This document shows positions 33,119-44,194 of a stretch of 64,000 nt of DNA, piece by piece. Made by a program: the position numbers and the translations under genes. How positions within the stretch are numbered: the first letter of the stretch is position 1; each line of letters opens with the position of its first letter. The notes below the pieces were generated by a model. That model had not been told where the DNA came from. It did no database searches and saw nothing but the letters and a program-made list of their open reading frames with translations. Location of the stretch: NCBI GenBank assembly GCA_036010905.1, contig DASCMH010000007.1, positions 24,216 to 88,215 of the forward strand, in the 5' to 3' direction. The stretch comes from Gammaproteobacteria bacterium. Its GTDB lineage: Bacteria; Pseudomonadota; Gammaproteobacteria; Steroidobacterales; GCA-2729495.

Positions 33119-34539
33119 CTGGCGTCCCTCCGCTTTCCTGCTTGTGCTATCGCTGCAGGCAATGCTGCAGCTACGGTACCGATATCCCCGGCCCCGAGTG
33201 TCAGCACAATATCGCCATCCGTCAGCGTAGCCGCCAGCAATTCCGGAAGTTGCACAGGGTCCGCTACAAATACCGGTTCAACCTGCCCGCGCATGCGAAT
33301 TGCACGACAGATAGCGCGGCCATCGGCACCCGGAATCGGCTCTTCACCAGCCGGGTAAACTTCAGTGACAAACAACGACTCAGCCACCGACAGGACCGCA
33401 GCAAAATCATCGAGCAGATCCCTGGTACGTGAATATCGATGGGGTTGAAAAATGACCACAAGCCTGCGATCCGGCCAACCGCCCTGAACAGCGGCAAGTG
33501 TTGCGGCAATCTCAGTCGGGTGATGAGCATAATCGTCGATAAACAGAATCTGACCAAGCGGAGTATTTTCATCGGTGATGATCTGCATGCGCCGGTCAAT
33601 ACCCTGAAATTCCGCCAGCGAGCGGCACACCGCATCATCATCAAGTTCCAGTTCAAATCCGACCGCAATAGCTGCCAGTGCATTGAGTACGTTGTGGCGC
33701 CCCGGAAGATTGAGCTTGACTTCGATCGGCGCAGCAGCATTGGGACGCAACACCGAAAAATGAGATACAACACCGTCACTTTTTATGTCTACCGCACGAA
33801 CATCGGCATCTTCATGCAAACCGTAACTCAATACTGCACGATTAACCTGCGGCAATACGGCCTGCACACCATCGTCATCAAGACACATGATCGATACACC
33901 GTAAAACGGCAAATTATGCATAAACTCAAGAAAGCTATTACGCAACTCTTCAATATCATCGTTGTACGTCGACATGTGATCTGCGTCGATATTGGTCACG
34001 ACGACCATCATCGGCTTCAAATGAATAAAGGACGCATCGCTTTCATCGGCCTCCGCAACAATATAGTCTCCGGCACCGAGCCTGCTGTTGGTATCGGCAC
34101 TTTTCAGCCAGCCACCGATTAAAAAGGTTGGATCCTCACCGGCCTCAGCCAGCATGCTGGCAATCAGACTGGTCGTTGTCGTCTTGCCATGAGTGCCGGA
34201 CACGGCAATAGCAAAACGAAACCGCATCAACTCGGCGAGCATCTCGGCACGCCGGATGATCGGCAGACGTTGTTCGCGGGCGGCAATAATCTCATCATTT
34301 TCCGGATCTATCGCACTCGAAACGACGATCAGATCAGCATCTTCAATATTACTGCTGCGGTGGCCGATCGAAATATCAGCGCCCAGCCCCGCCAGTCGGT
34401 TGGTAACTTTCGATTCTTTCAGATCGGATCCCTGTACCTGGTAACCGAGATTGATCAGCACCTCAGCAATACCGGCCATACCAACCCCACCGATACCGAC
34501 AAGATGAATCCGGTTGATCTTGCGCATGCGCTTGTTCAT
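33115..34539 (-). CDS. murC: UDP-N-acetylmuramate--L-alanine ligase
   Basis: MNKRMRKINRIHLVGIGGVGMAGIAEVL from the ATG at 34539, which forms an ATGA overlap with the murG stop. Mur ligase P-loop GTHGKTTT. Confidence 0.96.
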   Translation of the reverse strand: MNKRMRKINRIHLVGIGGVGMAGIAEVLINLGYQVQGSDLKESKVTNRLAGLGADISIGHRSSNIEDADLIVVSSAIDPENDEIIAAREQRLPIIRRAEMLAELMRFRFAIAVSGTHGKTTTTSLIASMLAEAGEDPTFLIGGWLKSADTNSRLGAGDYIVAEADESDASFIHLKPMMVVVTNIDADHMSTYNDDIEELRNSFLEFMHNLPFYGVSIMCLDDDGVQAVLPQVNRAVLSYGLHEDADVRAVDIKSDGVVSHFSVLRPNAAAPIEVKLNLPGRHNVLNALAAIAVGFELELDDDAVCRSLAEFQGIDRRMQIITDENTPLGQILFIDDYAHHPTEIAATLAAVQGGWPDRRLVVIFQPHRYSRTRDLLDDFAAVLSVAESLFVTEVYPAGEEPIPGADGRAICRAIRMRGQVEPVFVADPVQLPELLAATLTDGDIVLTLGAGDIGTVAAALPAAIAQAGKRRDAR

Positions 34540-35618
34540 GACGCCTGCACCATTGATAAACACAGATCGACAACATCTCTCGTCGCATCGGGTCGAGCCA
34601 GCTTGCGTGCACTTGCAGCCCGGTCGATGACCAAGGCCCGATTTTCACAACAGCGGCGCAATTCGCCAGCCAGTAATTCAGCCGTTAGCTCGGACTGCGG
34701 TATGAGCACAGCCGCACCGGCAGCAACCAGGTAACCGGCATTCTTGGTCTGATGATCATCCACAGCGCTCGGATATGGCACGAGGATCGCACCGAGTCCG
34801 GCTGCGGTCAGTTCAGAAATCGTTAACGCACCGGCACGGCAAATGACCAGGTCCGCCCAAGCGTAACACTCGGCAACGTCATCGATGAAAGCCTCGACAC
34901 GAACATCCAGACCGGCGGACTTGTAGGTGTCACGGGTCTGTGCAAAATCATTACGCCCGGACTGGTGCCAGACCTCACACTGCTGATCGTCACCGAGCAG
35001 ACTGACGGCCACAGGCACCCGTTCATTCAATACGCGTGCTCCCTGGCTGCCGCCAAGAACCAGTACGCGAACCGGGCCCTCGCGCCCGGCAAGCCGCACG
35101 GAAGGTTCCGCTAACGCGGTAATAGCTTCACGCACCGGATTGCCAACAAGTCGCGCCCCGATGCCACTAGAAAAGCTGCCCGGAAAAGCTTCAAGCACCT
35201 CCCGGGCAAATCCAGCCAACAGGCGGTTGGTCAAACCAGCAACAGAATTCTGTTCATGGATAATCACCGGCTTGCCCAGCATCCAGGCAGCCAACCCCCC
35301 CGGACCGGAGGCAAACCCGCCCATGCCGAGCACCAGCTTCGGTCGATGTCTGATCACGACACGTAATGCATCATATATGGCTAACAGTAATTTCAGAGGC
35401 GCCACACACCAGGACCAAATCCCTTTACCGCGCAGGCCCGACACCCGGGTCGCTTCAAGCGGGAACCCCTCACGCGGTACAAGTTCATTTTCTATGCCGC
35501 GCCGGGAACCCAGCCAGACAATCTGCTGGTCACAACCCTTGAGAGCCCGGGCGACAGCAAGCGCCGGGAATACATGCCCGCCGGTTCCGCCGGCCATGAT
35601 TAAGATTGGTGCCGTCAT
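34536..35618 (-). CDS. murG: undecaprenyldiphospho-muramoylpentapeptide beta-N-acetylglucosaminyltransferase
   Basis: 360 aa. ILIMAGGTGGHVFPALAVA N-terminal G-loop and GT28 fold. Confidence 0.96.
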   Translation of the reverse strand: MTAPILIMAGGTGGHVFPALAVARALKGCDQQIVWLGSRRGIENELVPREGFPLEATRVSGLRGKGIWSWCVAPLKLLLAIYDALRVVIRHRPKLVLGMGGFASGPGGLAAWMLGKPVIIHEQNSVAGLTNRLLAGFAREVLEAFPGSFSSGIGARLVGNPVREAITALAEPSVRLAGREGPVRVLVLGGSQGARVLNERVPVAVSLLGDDQQCEVWHQSGRNDFAQTRDTYKSAGLDVRVEAFIDDVAECYAWADLVICRAGALTISELTAAGLGAILVPYPSAVDDHQTKNAGYLVAAGAAVLIPQSELTAELLAGELRRCCENRALVIDRAASARKLARPDATRDVVDLCLSMVQAS

Positions 35619-36832
35619 CGCTTGCGCACCCTGCGCCTGCCCTTTCCTTTCCCCTTAACCACGCCTTGACTGGCAATCTGTCGATTTTCCATTTCAATGC
35701 GCAACAGTAATCCGAGTGCCAGCAGGGTAATCAACATGCTGCTTCTGCCATAACTGATCAGCGGCAAAGTCAGTCCTTTGGTGGGCAGAATACCCATGTT
35801 GACGCCGATGTTGATAAAGACCTGTACGCCAAGCCAGATCGCCACTCCGAACGACAGGTTCGCCTGGTACAGGCGCCCTAACGCAGCTGAATTTGCAGCA
35901 ATCCTGAGTACCCGCCATACCAGTGCAACAAACACAGTTATCAAGAGTACGCTGCCGATAAGTCCAAATTCCTCAGCAATAACAGCAAACACAAAATCCG
36001 TGTGCGCCTCCGGCAAGTAGAAAAGTTTCTGCACGCTGCCACCGAGGCCAACACCGAACCACTGCCCGGAACCAATAGCAATGAGAGACTGCACCAGTTG
36101 GAAACCGGTACCGAATGGATCTGACCATGGATCAAGAAAACCTGTCAGCCTCTTTAAACGATACGGTGACATAAATGCAATCATGACCAACAGGGAACCG
36201 ATACTCAGGCTACTGACCAGAAAATCACGCAAACGTGCGCCGGCGATAAACAGCACAGCCAGTGAAACCGTCAGCATGACAACCGACGCACCGAAGTCAG
36301 GCTCGAGCAATAACAATAAACAGGTCAATCCAACCAGCGACATTGGTTTGGCAAAACCGATAAACCGCTCTTGCAGTTCGGCCCGGTGTCGAACGGCATA
36401 ACCCGACAAATACATGAGCATTAACAACCGGGCAGGCTCTGAAACCTGCATAATGCTGATACCGCCGATACTCAACCAGCGCGTGCTGCCATTGACGGTG
36501 TTGCCAAGACCGGGAATCAGGACGGCAATCAGCATGCCGAGTGCCAGGCAGACAAGTAACAAGGCATAACGTTCCCAGACCGATGTTGGCACCCACAGCA
36601 TGAATGCTGCACCACACAGGCCGATTACAACGGCCAGTAGCTGCCGCTCAAAGTAGAACAACGGGTTTCCGGTATTACGATCGGCCAGGGAAATTGACGC
36701 AGACGTCAACATGACCAACCCGACGCACAGCAGCGTTGCGACGATCAGAACAAACACCCAGTCGATATGCTGGTCGAGATCAAAAACTGTCCGCCCAGCA
36801 TGTGCTTTGCGCATTGTTGTGGCAACAGTCAT
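35615..36832 (-). CDS. ftsW: peptidoglycan glycosyltransferase FtsW (SEDS family)
   Basis: 405 aa polytopic membrane protein of the SEDS family, between murD and murG. Confidence 0.94.
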   Translation of the reverse strand: MTVATTMRKAHAGRTVFDLDQHIDWVFVLIVATLLCVGLVMLTSASISLADRNTGNPLFYFERQLLAVVIGLCGAAFMLWVPTSVWERYALLLVCLALGMLIAVLIPGLGNTVNGSTRWLSIGGISIMQVSEPARLLMLMYLSGYAVRHRAELQERFIGFAKPMSLVGLTCLLLLLEPDFGASVVMLTVSLAVLFIAGARLRDFLVSSLSIGSLLVMIAFMSPYRLKRLTGFLDPWSDPFGTGFQLVQSLIAIGSGQWFGVGLGGSVQKLFYLPEAHTDFVFAVIAEEFGLIGSVLLITVFVALVWRVLRIAANSAALGRLYQANLSFGVAIWLGVQVFINIGVNMGILPTKGLTLPLISYGRSSMLITLLALGLLLRIEMENRQIASQGVVKGKGKGRRRVRKR

Positions 36833-38202
36833 TGCACGAGTTCCCTGACCGCCGCCGCAAAGGTATCGCCCCGCTCAGCAAAATTGCGGTACATATCCAG
36901 ACTGCTGCAGGCCGGTGCCAGTAACACCGTAGCGCCGGGCACCACGATTTGCAGCGCCCTGTCGACCGCTTCACGCATATCTGTAACAACCTGCAAGTCA
37001 CATGATCCTGCCAGTTCCCTGGCCATGCGTCGGGCATCCTGACCGAACAGGACGGCAGTACACGATCGTCCTTTGAGTGCTTTGGCCAGTGCTGCAAATG
37101 TCGCACCTTTTGCGTCACCACCGGCAATCAAAACCACCGGGTCTTTGATACTGGCCAAACTGGTTAATGCCGCAGCAACATTAGTCGCCTTCGAGTCGTT
37201 AATCCACATGACACCGGCCGCTGTCGACACAACCTGCATCCGGTGCGGCAATCCACTAAACCGCTTAAGCGACTGTGCCATACCATTGAGATTTGCCCCG
37301 AGTGCCGCACCGAGTGCCAGTGCCGCCAGCACATTGGACAGGTTATGCTGGCCAATCAGCTGCAATTCATCGACAGAAATCAGTATATCTTCACCGCAAG
37401 TAATGCACTCACCGTGAGTTGTCCGGCGAATACCGAGTTGCCCGGCCACCGGTTGATCCAGCCCGAAAGTCGTCACTGGCGTGCCCTGCATCACCAACCC
37501 GGCCAGATCCGGTTCATCGCGATTGACGACAGCATGCTGGCAATGACTGTAGATGCGCGCCTTTGCCGTGCGATAGGTCGCCATATCGCCATGCAGATCA
37601 AGATGATCAGGCGACAGGTTTAGTATGACTGCAGCAGCAACCGGTAGGGCACGACTGCGCTCAAGCTGAAAACTCGACAATTCCAGCACAAAGACATCTG
37701 CATCATGATCGAGCAGATCGAGTGCCGGGGTGCCGAGATTGCCACCCACCGCCGCCGATAGTCCGACTGCCGACAGCGCCTCGCCAAGCATCGATGTCAC
37801 GGTACTCTTGCCGTTCGAGCCTGTGATTGCAATGATCGGCGCAGCACATTCAGCGACAAACAAATCAATGTCGCTGACGATATCCAGTCCGCGCCCACGC
37901 GCATCGCCAAGCAACGATGCGTCCAGATCGAAACCCGGCGAAACAACGATCCGCTTAATCGTTGGGCGCACTATGGGACATTGCTCACCAACCTGGATGC
38001 GTGCGTCAGGCATTACATCCAGAATCGCATCCATACCCGGTGGTTGCGGACGCGTATCGATAAATTCGGCAACAATCCCTCGACCGGCAAAATATCTGGC
38101 ACAAGATGCTCCCGTTAGTCCCATACCCATGACCAGCACGCTGGGTTCGACGCTCGTGCCGCGCGTGGGTAAATCAATTTTCATAGCCGACATCGTCATC
38201 AC
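36829..38202 (-). CDS. murD: UDP-N-acetylmuramoylalanine--D-glutamate ligase
   Basis: 457 aa. Mur ligase with ITGSNGKST. Position in the dcw cluster. Confidence 0.95.
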   Translation of the reverse strand: MMTMSAMKIDLPTRGTSVEPSVLVMGMGLTGASCARYFAGRGIVAEFIDTRPQPPGMDAILDVMPDARIQVGEQCPIVRPTIKRIVVSPGFDLDASLLGDARGRGLDIVSDIDLFVAECAAPIIAITGSNGKSTVTSMLGEALSAVGLSAAVGGNLGTPALDLLDHDADVFVLELSSFQLERSRALPVAAAVILNLSPDHLDLHGDMATYRTAKARIYSHCQHAVVNRDEPDLAGLVMQGTPVTTFGLDQPVAGQLGIRRTTHGECITCGEDILISVDELQLIGQHNLSNVLAALALGAALGANLNGMAQSLKRFSGLPHRMQVVSTAAGVMWINDSKATNVAAALTSLASIKDPVVLIAGGDAKGATFAALAKALKGRSCTAVLFGQDARRMARELAGSCDLQVVTDMREAVDRALQIVVPGATVLLAPACSSLDMYRNFAERGDTFAAAVRELVQ

Positions 38203-39281
38203 CGCAGCTTCAGGCTCGACAGCCCCACAAGAACAAGAATGACCGTGATGATCCAGAAACGGACAATCACCTTGGGCTCTGCCCAGCCTTTCAGTTCATA
38301 GTGATGATGCAGAGGGGCCATCCGAAAGATACGCCGGCCAGTCAACTTGAAAGATGCAACCTGGATGATGACTGACAGCGTCTCGATGACGAACAACCCG
38401 CCCATAATCACCAGCACCAGTTCCTGACGCACAATGACTGCTACGGTCCCCAGCGCCGCGCCGAGTGCCAGCGCACCGATGTCACCCATAAATACCTGTG
38501 CGGGATAAGTGTTAAACCACAGAAAACCGAGTCCGGCACCCGCCAGTGACATGCAAAATACCAGCATTTCACCCGCACCATTGATATACGGAATATCAAG
38601 GTAGTCGGAAAAAATTACATTGCCGGCGGCATAGCCAAAAATACCGAGTGCGCCACCGACGAGTACGGTCGGCATGATGGCCAGACCATCCAGACCGTCG
38701 GTCAGATTAACGGCATTGCTGGTACCAACGATCACAAAATACGTTAGCACCATATAGAAAGCACCCAGCGGAACTGCCGCACCCTTCAAAAATGGAATCA
38801 GTAACGCTGTTTCATATGGGTTATCGGCCATAAGGTAAAGGACGACTGCGGCGGCAATGGCTGTCAGCGACTGCCAGAACATCTTGACCCGCGCAGACAT
38901 GCCGGCCGAGTCACGAAGCACAAGCTTCTTATAATCATCGATGAAACCGATCAGGCCGAAGGCGGTAGTCACGACAATGACCAGCCACACATAGGCGCTC
39001 TTCAGGTCAGCCCACAACAGCGTACTGATCAGTATGGCCACCAGTATCAGTACACCGCCCATCGTCGGAGTGCCGGATTTTGGCAAATGGGTTACCGGGC
39101 CTTCTAAACGCACGGTCTGGCCGATTTGCTTGATGCTCAGACGCTTGATCATAATCGGCCCAGCAACCAGCGAAATAACCAGCGCCGTTAATGCAGCCAT
39201 GATCGCGCGCATAGTTATATACGTAAAGACATTAAAACCCGACACATATTCCTTAAGATATTCGGCCAATAAATACAACAT
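38199..39281 (-). CDS. mraY: phospho-N-acetylmuramoyl-pentapeptide transferase
   Basis: ATG at 39281 (ATGA overlap with the murF stop) gives [26 protein letters not shown], the canonical MraY N-terminus. The longer track ORF is read-through. Confidence 0.96.
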   Translation of the reverse strand: MLYLLAEYLKEYVSGFNVFTYITMRAIMAALTALVISLVAGPIMIKRLSIKQIGQTVRLEGPVTHLPKSGTPTMGGVLILVAILISTLLWADLKSAYVWLVIVVTTAFGLIGFIDDYKKLVLRDSAGMSARVKMFWQSLTAIAAAVVLYLMADNPYETALLIPFLKGAAVPLGAFYMVLTYFVIVGTSNAVNLTDGLDGLAIMPTVLVGGALGIFGYAAGNVIFSDYLDIPYINGAGEMLVFCMSLAGAGLGFLWFNTYPAQVFMGDIGALALGAALGTVAVIVRQELVLVIMGGLFVIETLSVIIQVASFKLTGRRIFRMAPLHHHYELKGWAEPKVIVRFWIITVILVLVGLSSLKLR

Positions 39282-40672
39282 CAGGCGCGAACCCCCCTGC
39301 TCTCCGCCGCATCGACGAGGGCCTGCACCAGTTTTTCCATCTGCATACAACGAGATCCTTTTATAAGAACCGTCAATCCCTGTTCCACCACTTCACCAAG
39401 CACTGCAAGGAGTTCGCCCTCCTCGGCAAACGCCTGACCGCCCTCACCAAATGTGCCAACCGCAGCACGCGCATGCTTACCAAGCGTATAAAGACGTTCC
39501 ACACCCGCTCTCTTCGCCTGTCGCCCCGCCTCGGCATGCAACTCCTGACTACGGGTTCCGAGTTCGGCCATATCACCAAGCACCAGCCATGAGCGGCCAT
39601 CGAGTCCGGCCAAAACCGCAATCGCTGCAGCAACCGATAACGGGTTTGCGTTATAGGTATCATCGATAATCCGCATACCGCCGCGACCGGCGATAATCCG
39701 CAGGCGGCCGGCAACGTTCTCAATCGCGGCGAGCCCTGCCCCGATCGAGTCCCACGTCGCGCCGGCCACCCGGGTCACCGCGATCGCCCCAAGTGCATTG
39801 AGCACATTATGACGACCAACCATTGGCAATTTGATCCGTATCCGATCATTTGCCTCACGCACATCGAACGACAATTCGAATCCTGCTCCGCTAACTGTCT
39901 CCTCAATTTTCTCTGCCACAAGGTCGGCAGCTTCATTAAGACCGAAAGAAATGACCTGTGCCGGCTCAGCCAACCGACGCCACAACTCAAAAAACCGGTC
40001 ATCTCGATTGATCACCGCGATACCGGCTGCATCAAGACTTGCGAACAACTCGCCTTTGGTTTCAGCAACTGCCTGCTCTGAACCGAATCCTTCGAGGTGC
40101 GCCGCACCGGCATTCGTTACGACACCGATGGTTGGCTTTGCGATCGCTGCCAGGGTGGCAATATCGTTCCGGCGGCTGGCGCCCATTTCCAGGACTGCGG
40201 CTGCGTGGCTATCGCGCAAACACAACACGGTCAACGGCAATCCGATTTCATTATTCAGATTACCGACAGTCGCCAGTGCCTTGTCGACGCCTGAAAAATG
40301 CACCCGCAGAATTGCGGCAATCATTTCCTTAACCGTTGTCTTGCCGGTGCTACCGGTAACGGCGATAACCGGGATCTCAAACTGCTGGCGCCAGTTCCTG
40401 GCCAGCCCACCAAGCGCAATTCGGGTGTCCTCAACCTCGACCTGCGGCAGATCAACTGCCTGCCGGGCCTCGACAACAGCACCCGCAGCTCCTCGTCGTT
40501 CAGCCTCAGCCACAAATTCACGGGCATCAAAACGCTCGCCGCGCAAAGCGAAAAACAACTGACCGGATTGCAGTTGGCGCGTATCGGTGCTAACCGAGTC
40601 AAAACACCGATCCGCACCGATCAACGTACCGTTGACCGATCGGGCAACCATGTTCAGCGTGCCCATACTCAT
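39281..40672 (-). CDS. murF: UDP-N-acetylmuramoyl-tripeptide--D-alanyl-D-alanine ligase
   Basis: 463 aa. Mur ligase with VTGSTGKTT. Position in the dcw cluster. Confidence 0.95.
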   Translation of the reverse strand: MSMGTLNMVARSVNGTLIGADRCFDSVSTDTRQLQSGQLFFALRGERFDAREFVAEAERRGAAGAVVEARQAVDLPQVEVEDTRIALGGLARNWRQQFEIPVIAVTGSTGKTTVKEMIAAILRVHFSGVDKALATVGNLNNEIGLPLTVLCLRDSHAAAVLEMGASRRNDIATLAAIAKPTIGVVTNAGAAHLEGFGSEQAVAETKGELFASLDAAGIAVINRDDRFFELWRRLAEPAQVISFGLNEAADLVAEKIEETVSGAGFELSFDVREANDRIRIKLPMVGRHNVLNALGAIAVTRVAGATWDSIGAGLAAIENVAGRLRIIAGRGGMRIIDDTYNANPLSVAAAIAVLAGLDGRSWLVLGDMAELGTRSQELHAEAGRQAKRAGVERLYTLGKHARAAVGTFGEGGQAFAEEGELLAVLGEVVEQGLTVLIKGSRCMQMEKLVQALVDAAESRGVRA

Positions 40673-42171
40673 CCCATCCCGCCTAATGCAGTGCGCACAA
40701 CCGCAACATCAGAAAACGGTACTGCCACATTGCCAATCAGTTGCACCAGTTCGTGACCCTTACCCGCAACCAGAACCACATCTTCAGCCGCTGCAGAAAA
40801 AATGGCCGTCTCAATGGCCGCTTCACGATCATGAACGATTTCGCAATGAGCGCCGGATTTGGCGCCGGCGATAACCTGTGCCGCGATCTGCTGCGGGTCC
40901 TCATCACGCGGGTTGTCATCGGTGATGATCATGCGATCCGCGAGCTTTGCCGCAACCGCTCCCATCGAACCGCGCTTGCCCTGATCGCGATTCCCGCCAC
41001 AACCAAATACGCACCAGACTTTGCCGGATGTATGTTGTCTTGCCGTCTCGAGCGCCTTGCCAAGCGCATCGGGGGTATGGGCAAAATCCACGACAACAGT
41101 CGGGCTGATATTGCTGCTGCGAACAAGTTCCATGCGTCCCGGCGGTGCAACGGCTTCTTTGAGAGCGGCAATCGCTGCGGGGAATGCAACCCTATTGGCC
41201 AGCAGAATGCCCACCGCCATGGCGAGATTTTCTGCATTAAACCGCCCCCATAGAGCGCTTTCCAGCAATGCTTCACCGAAATCGCCGGACAACTGCAAGC
41301 CGATACCATCGGCATGTTCACCTACAATGCGCCCGCGCAGTCTTGCATCAGGCGCATCAACATCTGTATCCATAACAGCAACTGAAATCAATTCCGGCTC
41401 TGACCCAAGGCGGCCGGCCATTTCCGCAGCAAACGGATCGCCAACATTAAGTACTGCTGTGTGGATTCCGTTACCGGCAAACAGGCTTGCCTTGGCCGCG
41501 GCATAGTTTTGCATGCTGCCGTGATAATCGAGATGATCACGGCTTAGATTCATCAAGGCCGCAACCTGGAAGCGCACCCCTGCAGTTCGTTGCTGATCCA
41601 GCGCATGTGACGATACCTCGGCAATAACACGCTGTGCACCGGCATCGGCCAGCGCCCGCAAACGGCGATGCAGCGTAATACAATCCGGCGTCGTCAGAGA
41701 ACTGGGTTGCAGGTCAGTGCCAATGCCATAACCCAGCGTGCCCATGTAACCGGTCATCATATCCAACTGCTGCATAGCCTGGGCTACCAGGTAAGCGGTC
41801 GTCGTCTTGCCGTTTGTCCCGGTAATGCCGGTAACCACGACATCGGCGGAGGGTGACGAGAAAAAACGGTCGGCAATAACTCCAAGACGGGCACGTAAAC
41901 CGGTCACCCGAATACCGGTTACTCCGGTTGGCAATATCGGCACCTCAATATCATCAGCCGGCTCCCAGGCAACCGCACGAATACCGGCATCAAGCGCCTG
42001 GGATAAAAACTCAAGCCCGTGCCGGTTACCGCCCGCACAAGCAAGAAACAAACCACCGGAGACTGCGTGATGACTGTCGCTGGTGATATCCGTCACCGCT
42101 ACATCCGGTACTTCCACATCCATGCCGGCAAACAAGCAGGATAATTTTTTGCTGGTACTTGCGCCGCTCAT
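40669..42171 (-). CDS. murE: UDP-N-acetylmuramoyl-L-alanyl-D-glutamate--2,6-diaminopimelate ligase
   Basis: 500 aa. ITGTNGKTT and a DNPR motif (ITDDNPRDE) typical of meso-DAP-adding MurE. Confidence 0.95.
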   Translation of the reverse strand: MSGASTSKKLSCLFAGMDVEVPDVAVTDITSDSHHAVSGGLFLACAGGNRHGLEFLSQALDAGIRAVAWEPADDIEVPILPTGVTGIRVTGLRARLGVIADRFFSSPSADVVVTGITGTNGKTTTAYLVAQAMQQLDMMTGYMGTLGYGIGTDLQPSSLTTPDCITLHRRLRALADAGAQRVIAEVSSHALDQQRTAGVRFQVAALMNLSRDHLDYHGSMQNYAAAKASLFAGNGIHTAVLNVGDPFAAEMAGRLGSEPELISVAVMDTDVDAPDARLRGRIVGEHADGIGLQLSGDFGEALLESALWGRFNAENLAMAVGILLANRVAFPAAIAALKEAVAPPGRMELVRSSNISPTVVVDFAHTPDALGKALETARQHTSGKVWCVFGCGGNRDQGKRGSMGAVAAKLADRMIITDDNPRDEDPQQIAAQVIAGAKSGAHCEIVHDREAAIETAIFSAAAEDVVLVAGKGHELVQLIGNVAVPFSDVAVVRTALGGMG

Positions 42172-43895
42172 GGCCGGCTCACCGCAAGCTTGGTGGTACC
42201 GACCGGACGCATGAAGTTGTCGGGAGGTATCGCGAGAATCCGCAGCGAACCTTCGACTATGCGTGAAAAAACCGGTGCTGCTACAGCACCACCGTAATAC
42301 TTACCATTCGACGGCTCATCAATCAGGACAACGACTGCCAGTCGCGGCCGGGTCGCCGGCGCAATACCGGAGAACAGCGCCATATGATGATCTTCCGCGT
42401 AACCGCCAGGGATGCTCTTCTTGACCGTACCCGTCTTGCCGGCAACCCGGTAACCGGCGACGTTTGCCTGCTGACCGGTCCCGCCCTCACTCACGACAGC
42501 CTCCAGCATCGACAAAACAGCCCCGGCCGTCTGCCCGCTAATCACCTGCCTTGCTATCGGTGCCTGTTCGAGACGTAACAGGGAAACAGGATGCTGTAAC
42601 CCGCCGGCGGCGATGACGGAGTATGCCTGGGCCAGCTGTAATGGCGTTACCGACAACCCATAACCATAGCCCAGCGTTGCCAGTCGGATCGACAGCCAAT
42701 TACTGTAATGACTGAGCAAGCCGGCCGATTCACCCGGAAATCCGCTGCCGCTCAAACGCCCCAACCCGAAACCGGACAACACGTTGTACAGTGTTTCGGT
42801 CGGCAACGACATCGCCACTTTACTTGCACCGACATTGCTCGAACGTGCAAGCAATGTCTTCAGATCGATCATACCGAGGTTGCGTTCGTCTTTGATGACC
42901 TTTGCGCCCACTTTGATAAAGCCGGGTGAAGTGTTGATAAGGCTCGCAGTGTGGTATTGACCGCTCTCAAGTGCCGCAGCAATAACTAATGGCTTAATGG
43001 TTGACCCTGGTTCAAAAATATCGGTAATAGCCCGGTTACGGTATTTAATCGGAGAAAATTGTGCTCGATCGTTTGGGTTGTAGGTTGGCTGATTAACCAT
43101 TGCGAGTACTTCACCGGTGCCCACATCAAGTACAACGACAGAACCGGAGGCTGCCTCACTGCGCTGAATGACAGCCTTGAGTTCACGATAGGCAAGATAC
43201 TGGATACGCAAATCAATTGAAGTTGCCAATTCACGCCCCGGATTCGGTGACTGAATAAGCTCAACTTCTTCAACCACTCGACCGAGCCGATCCTTTAGCA
43301 CTCGCTTCTTGCCAGGGCGACCTGCAAGCCAGTGATCGAAGGCAAGCTCCAGACCTTCCTGACCAACGTCATCAATATTCGTGAAGCCGATGACGTGACC
43401 AATAACTTCACCCGCCGGGTAGTAACGCTGATACTCACGTTCCACATCGACACCAGGAATATTCAGCCCGACAATTGCTAGTGCATCATCCGGGCGCATA
43501 TGCCGCTTGAGATACATGAACTCACGGGTAATATTGCGGGTTAACCGTCGAGCCAGTTCCTCTGGATCATTGCCGAGTGCTGCAGCCAGTTGCGGAATAT
43601 ATTCGGGAGCGAGGACAATTTTGCCCGGATTGACCCAGATGCTGTCAACCGGGGTGCTGACAGCAAGCGGCTCACCATTGCGGTCGGTAATAACACCACG
43701 ATGAGCCGGAATTTTCGCAATACGCACCTGCCGGGCATCAGCCTGGTGGGTCAGAAACTCATTTTCATATGCCTGCAACCAAACTGCCCGGGTCACCAGC
43801 ACAGCAGCCAGAAAGAACAGAACAAAAGCTGCCCAGCGTGACCGCAAGGTAAAACTTCGCAACAACATTGCGTCGCTCTTTGCTTTCGGCTTCAT
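42168..43895 (-). CDS. ftsI: peptidoglycan D,D-transpeptidase FtsI (PBP3)
   Basis: 575 aa. N-terminal TM segment, with transpeptidase motifs STIKP, SSN and KTGT all present. Confidence 0.95.
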   Translation of the reverse strand: MKPKAKSDAMLLRSFTLRSRWAAFVLFFLAAVLVTRAVWLQAYENEFLTHQADARQVRIAKIPAHRGVITDRNGEPLAVSTPVDSIWVNPGKIVLAPEYIPQLAAALGNDPEELARRLTRNITREFMYLKRHMRPDDALAIVGLNIPGVDVEREYQRYYPAGEVIGHVIGFTNIDDVGQEGLELAFDHWLAGRPGKKRVLKDRLGRVVEEVELIQSPNPGRELATSIDLRIQYLAYRELKAVIQRSEAASGSVVVLDVGTGEVLAMVNQPTYNPNDRAQFSPIKYRNRAITDIFEPGSTIKPLVIAAALESGQYHTASLINTSPGFIKVGAKVIKDERNLGMIDLKTLLARSSNVGASKVAMSLPTETLYNVLSGFGLGRLSGSGFPGESAGLLSHYSNWLSIRLATLGYGYGLSVTPLQLAQAYSVIAAGGLQHPVSLLRLEQAPIARQVISGQTAGAVLSMLEAVVSEGGTGQQANVAGYRVAGKTGTVKKSIPGGYAEDHHMALFSGIAPATRPRLAVVVLIDEPSNGKYYGGAVAAPVFSRIVEGSLRILAIPPDNFMRPVGTTKLAVSRP

Positions 43896-44194
43896 GGACT
43901 GAGTAACATCATTTCATCGGCCGTCGGTGGGCGCATCTTCATGGACTCACGGGCAAGTTGCTCCACCCTGGCGTATGTCGACCAGGTACTCTGTTCGAGC
44001 TGCAACTGGCCCCACACAACTTCCATCCTGTCGCGCTCGACATTAAGCCTTTGCAACTCGGTAAATAACTTTCGCGACTCATGTTTCGCATAAATACCGC
44101 CGATTGCGGAAGCCATGACGATAATGATGAGCGGCAGGAGTACGGCAAGCCGGCGCATACTCTCGCTCCTCTCCCGGCGCTTCCCTTTAGTCAT
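43892..44194 (-). CDS. ftsL: cell division protein FtsL
   Basis: 100 aa. Single TM segment (LAVLLPLIIIVMASAIGGIY) followed by a leucine-zipper-like coiled-coil. Between rsmH and ftsI. Confidence 0.88.
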   Translation of the reverse strand: MTKGKRRERSESMRRLAVLLPLIIIVMASAIGGIYAKHESRKLFTELQRLNVERDRMEVVWGQLQLEQSTWSTYARVEQLARESMKMRPPTADEMMLLSP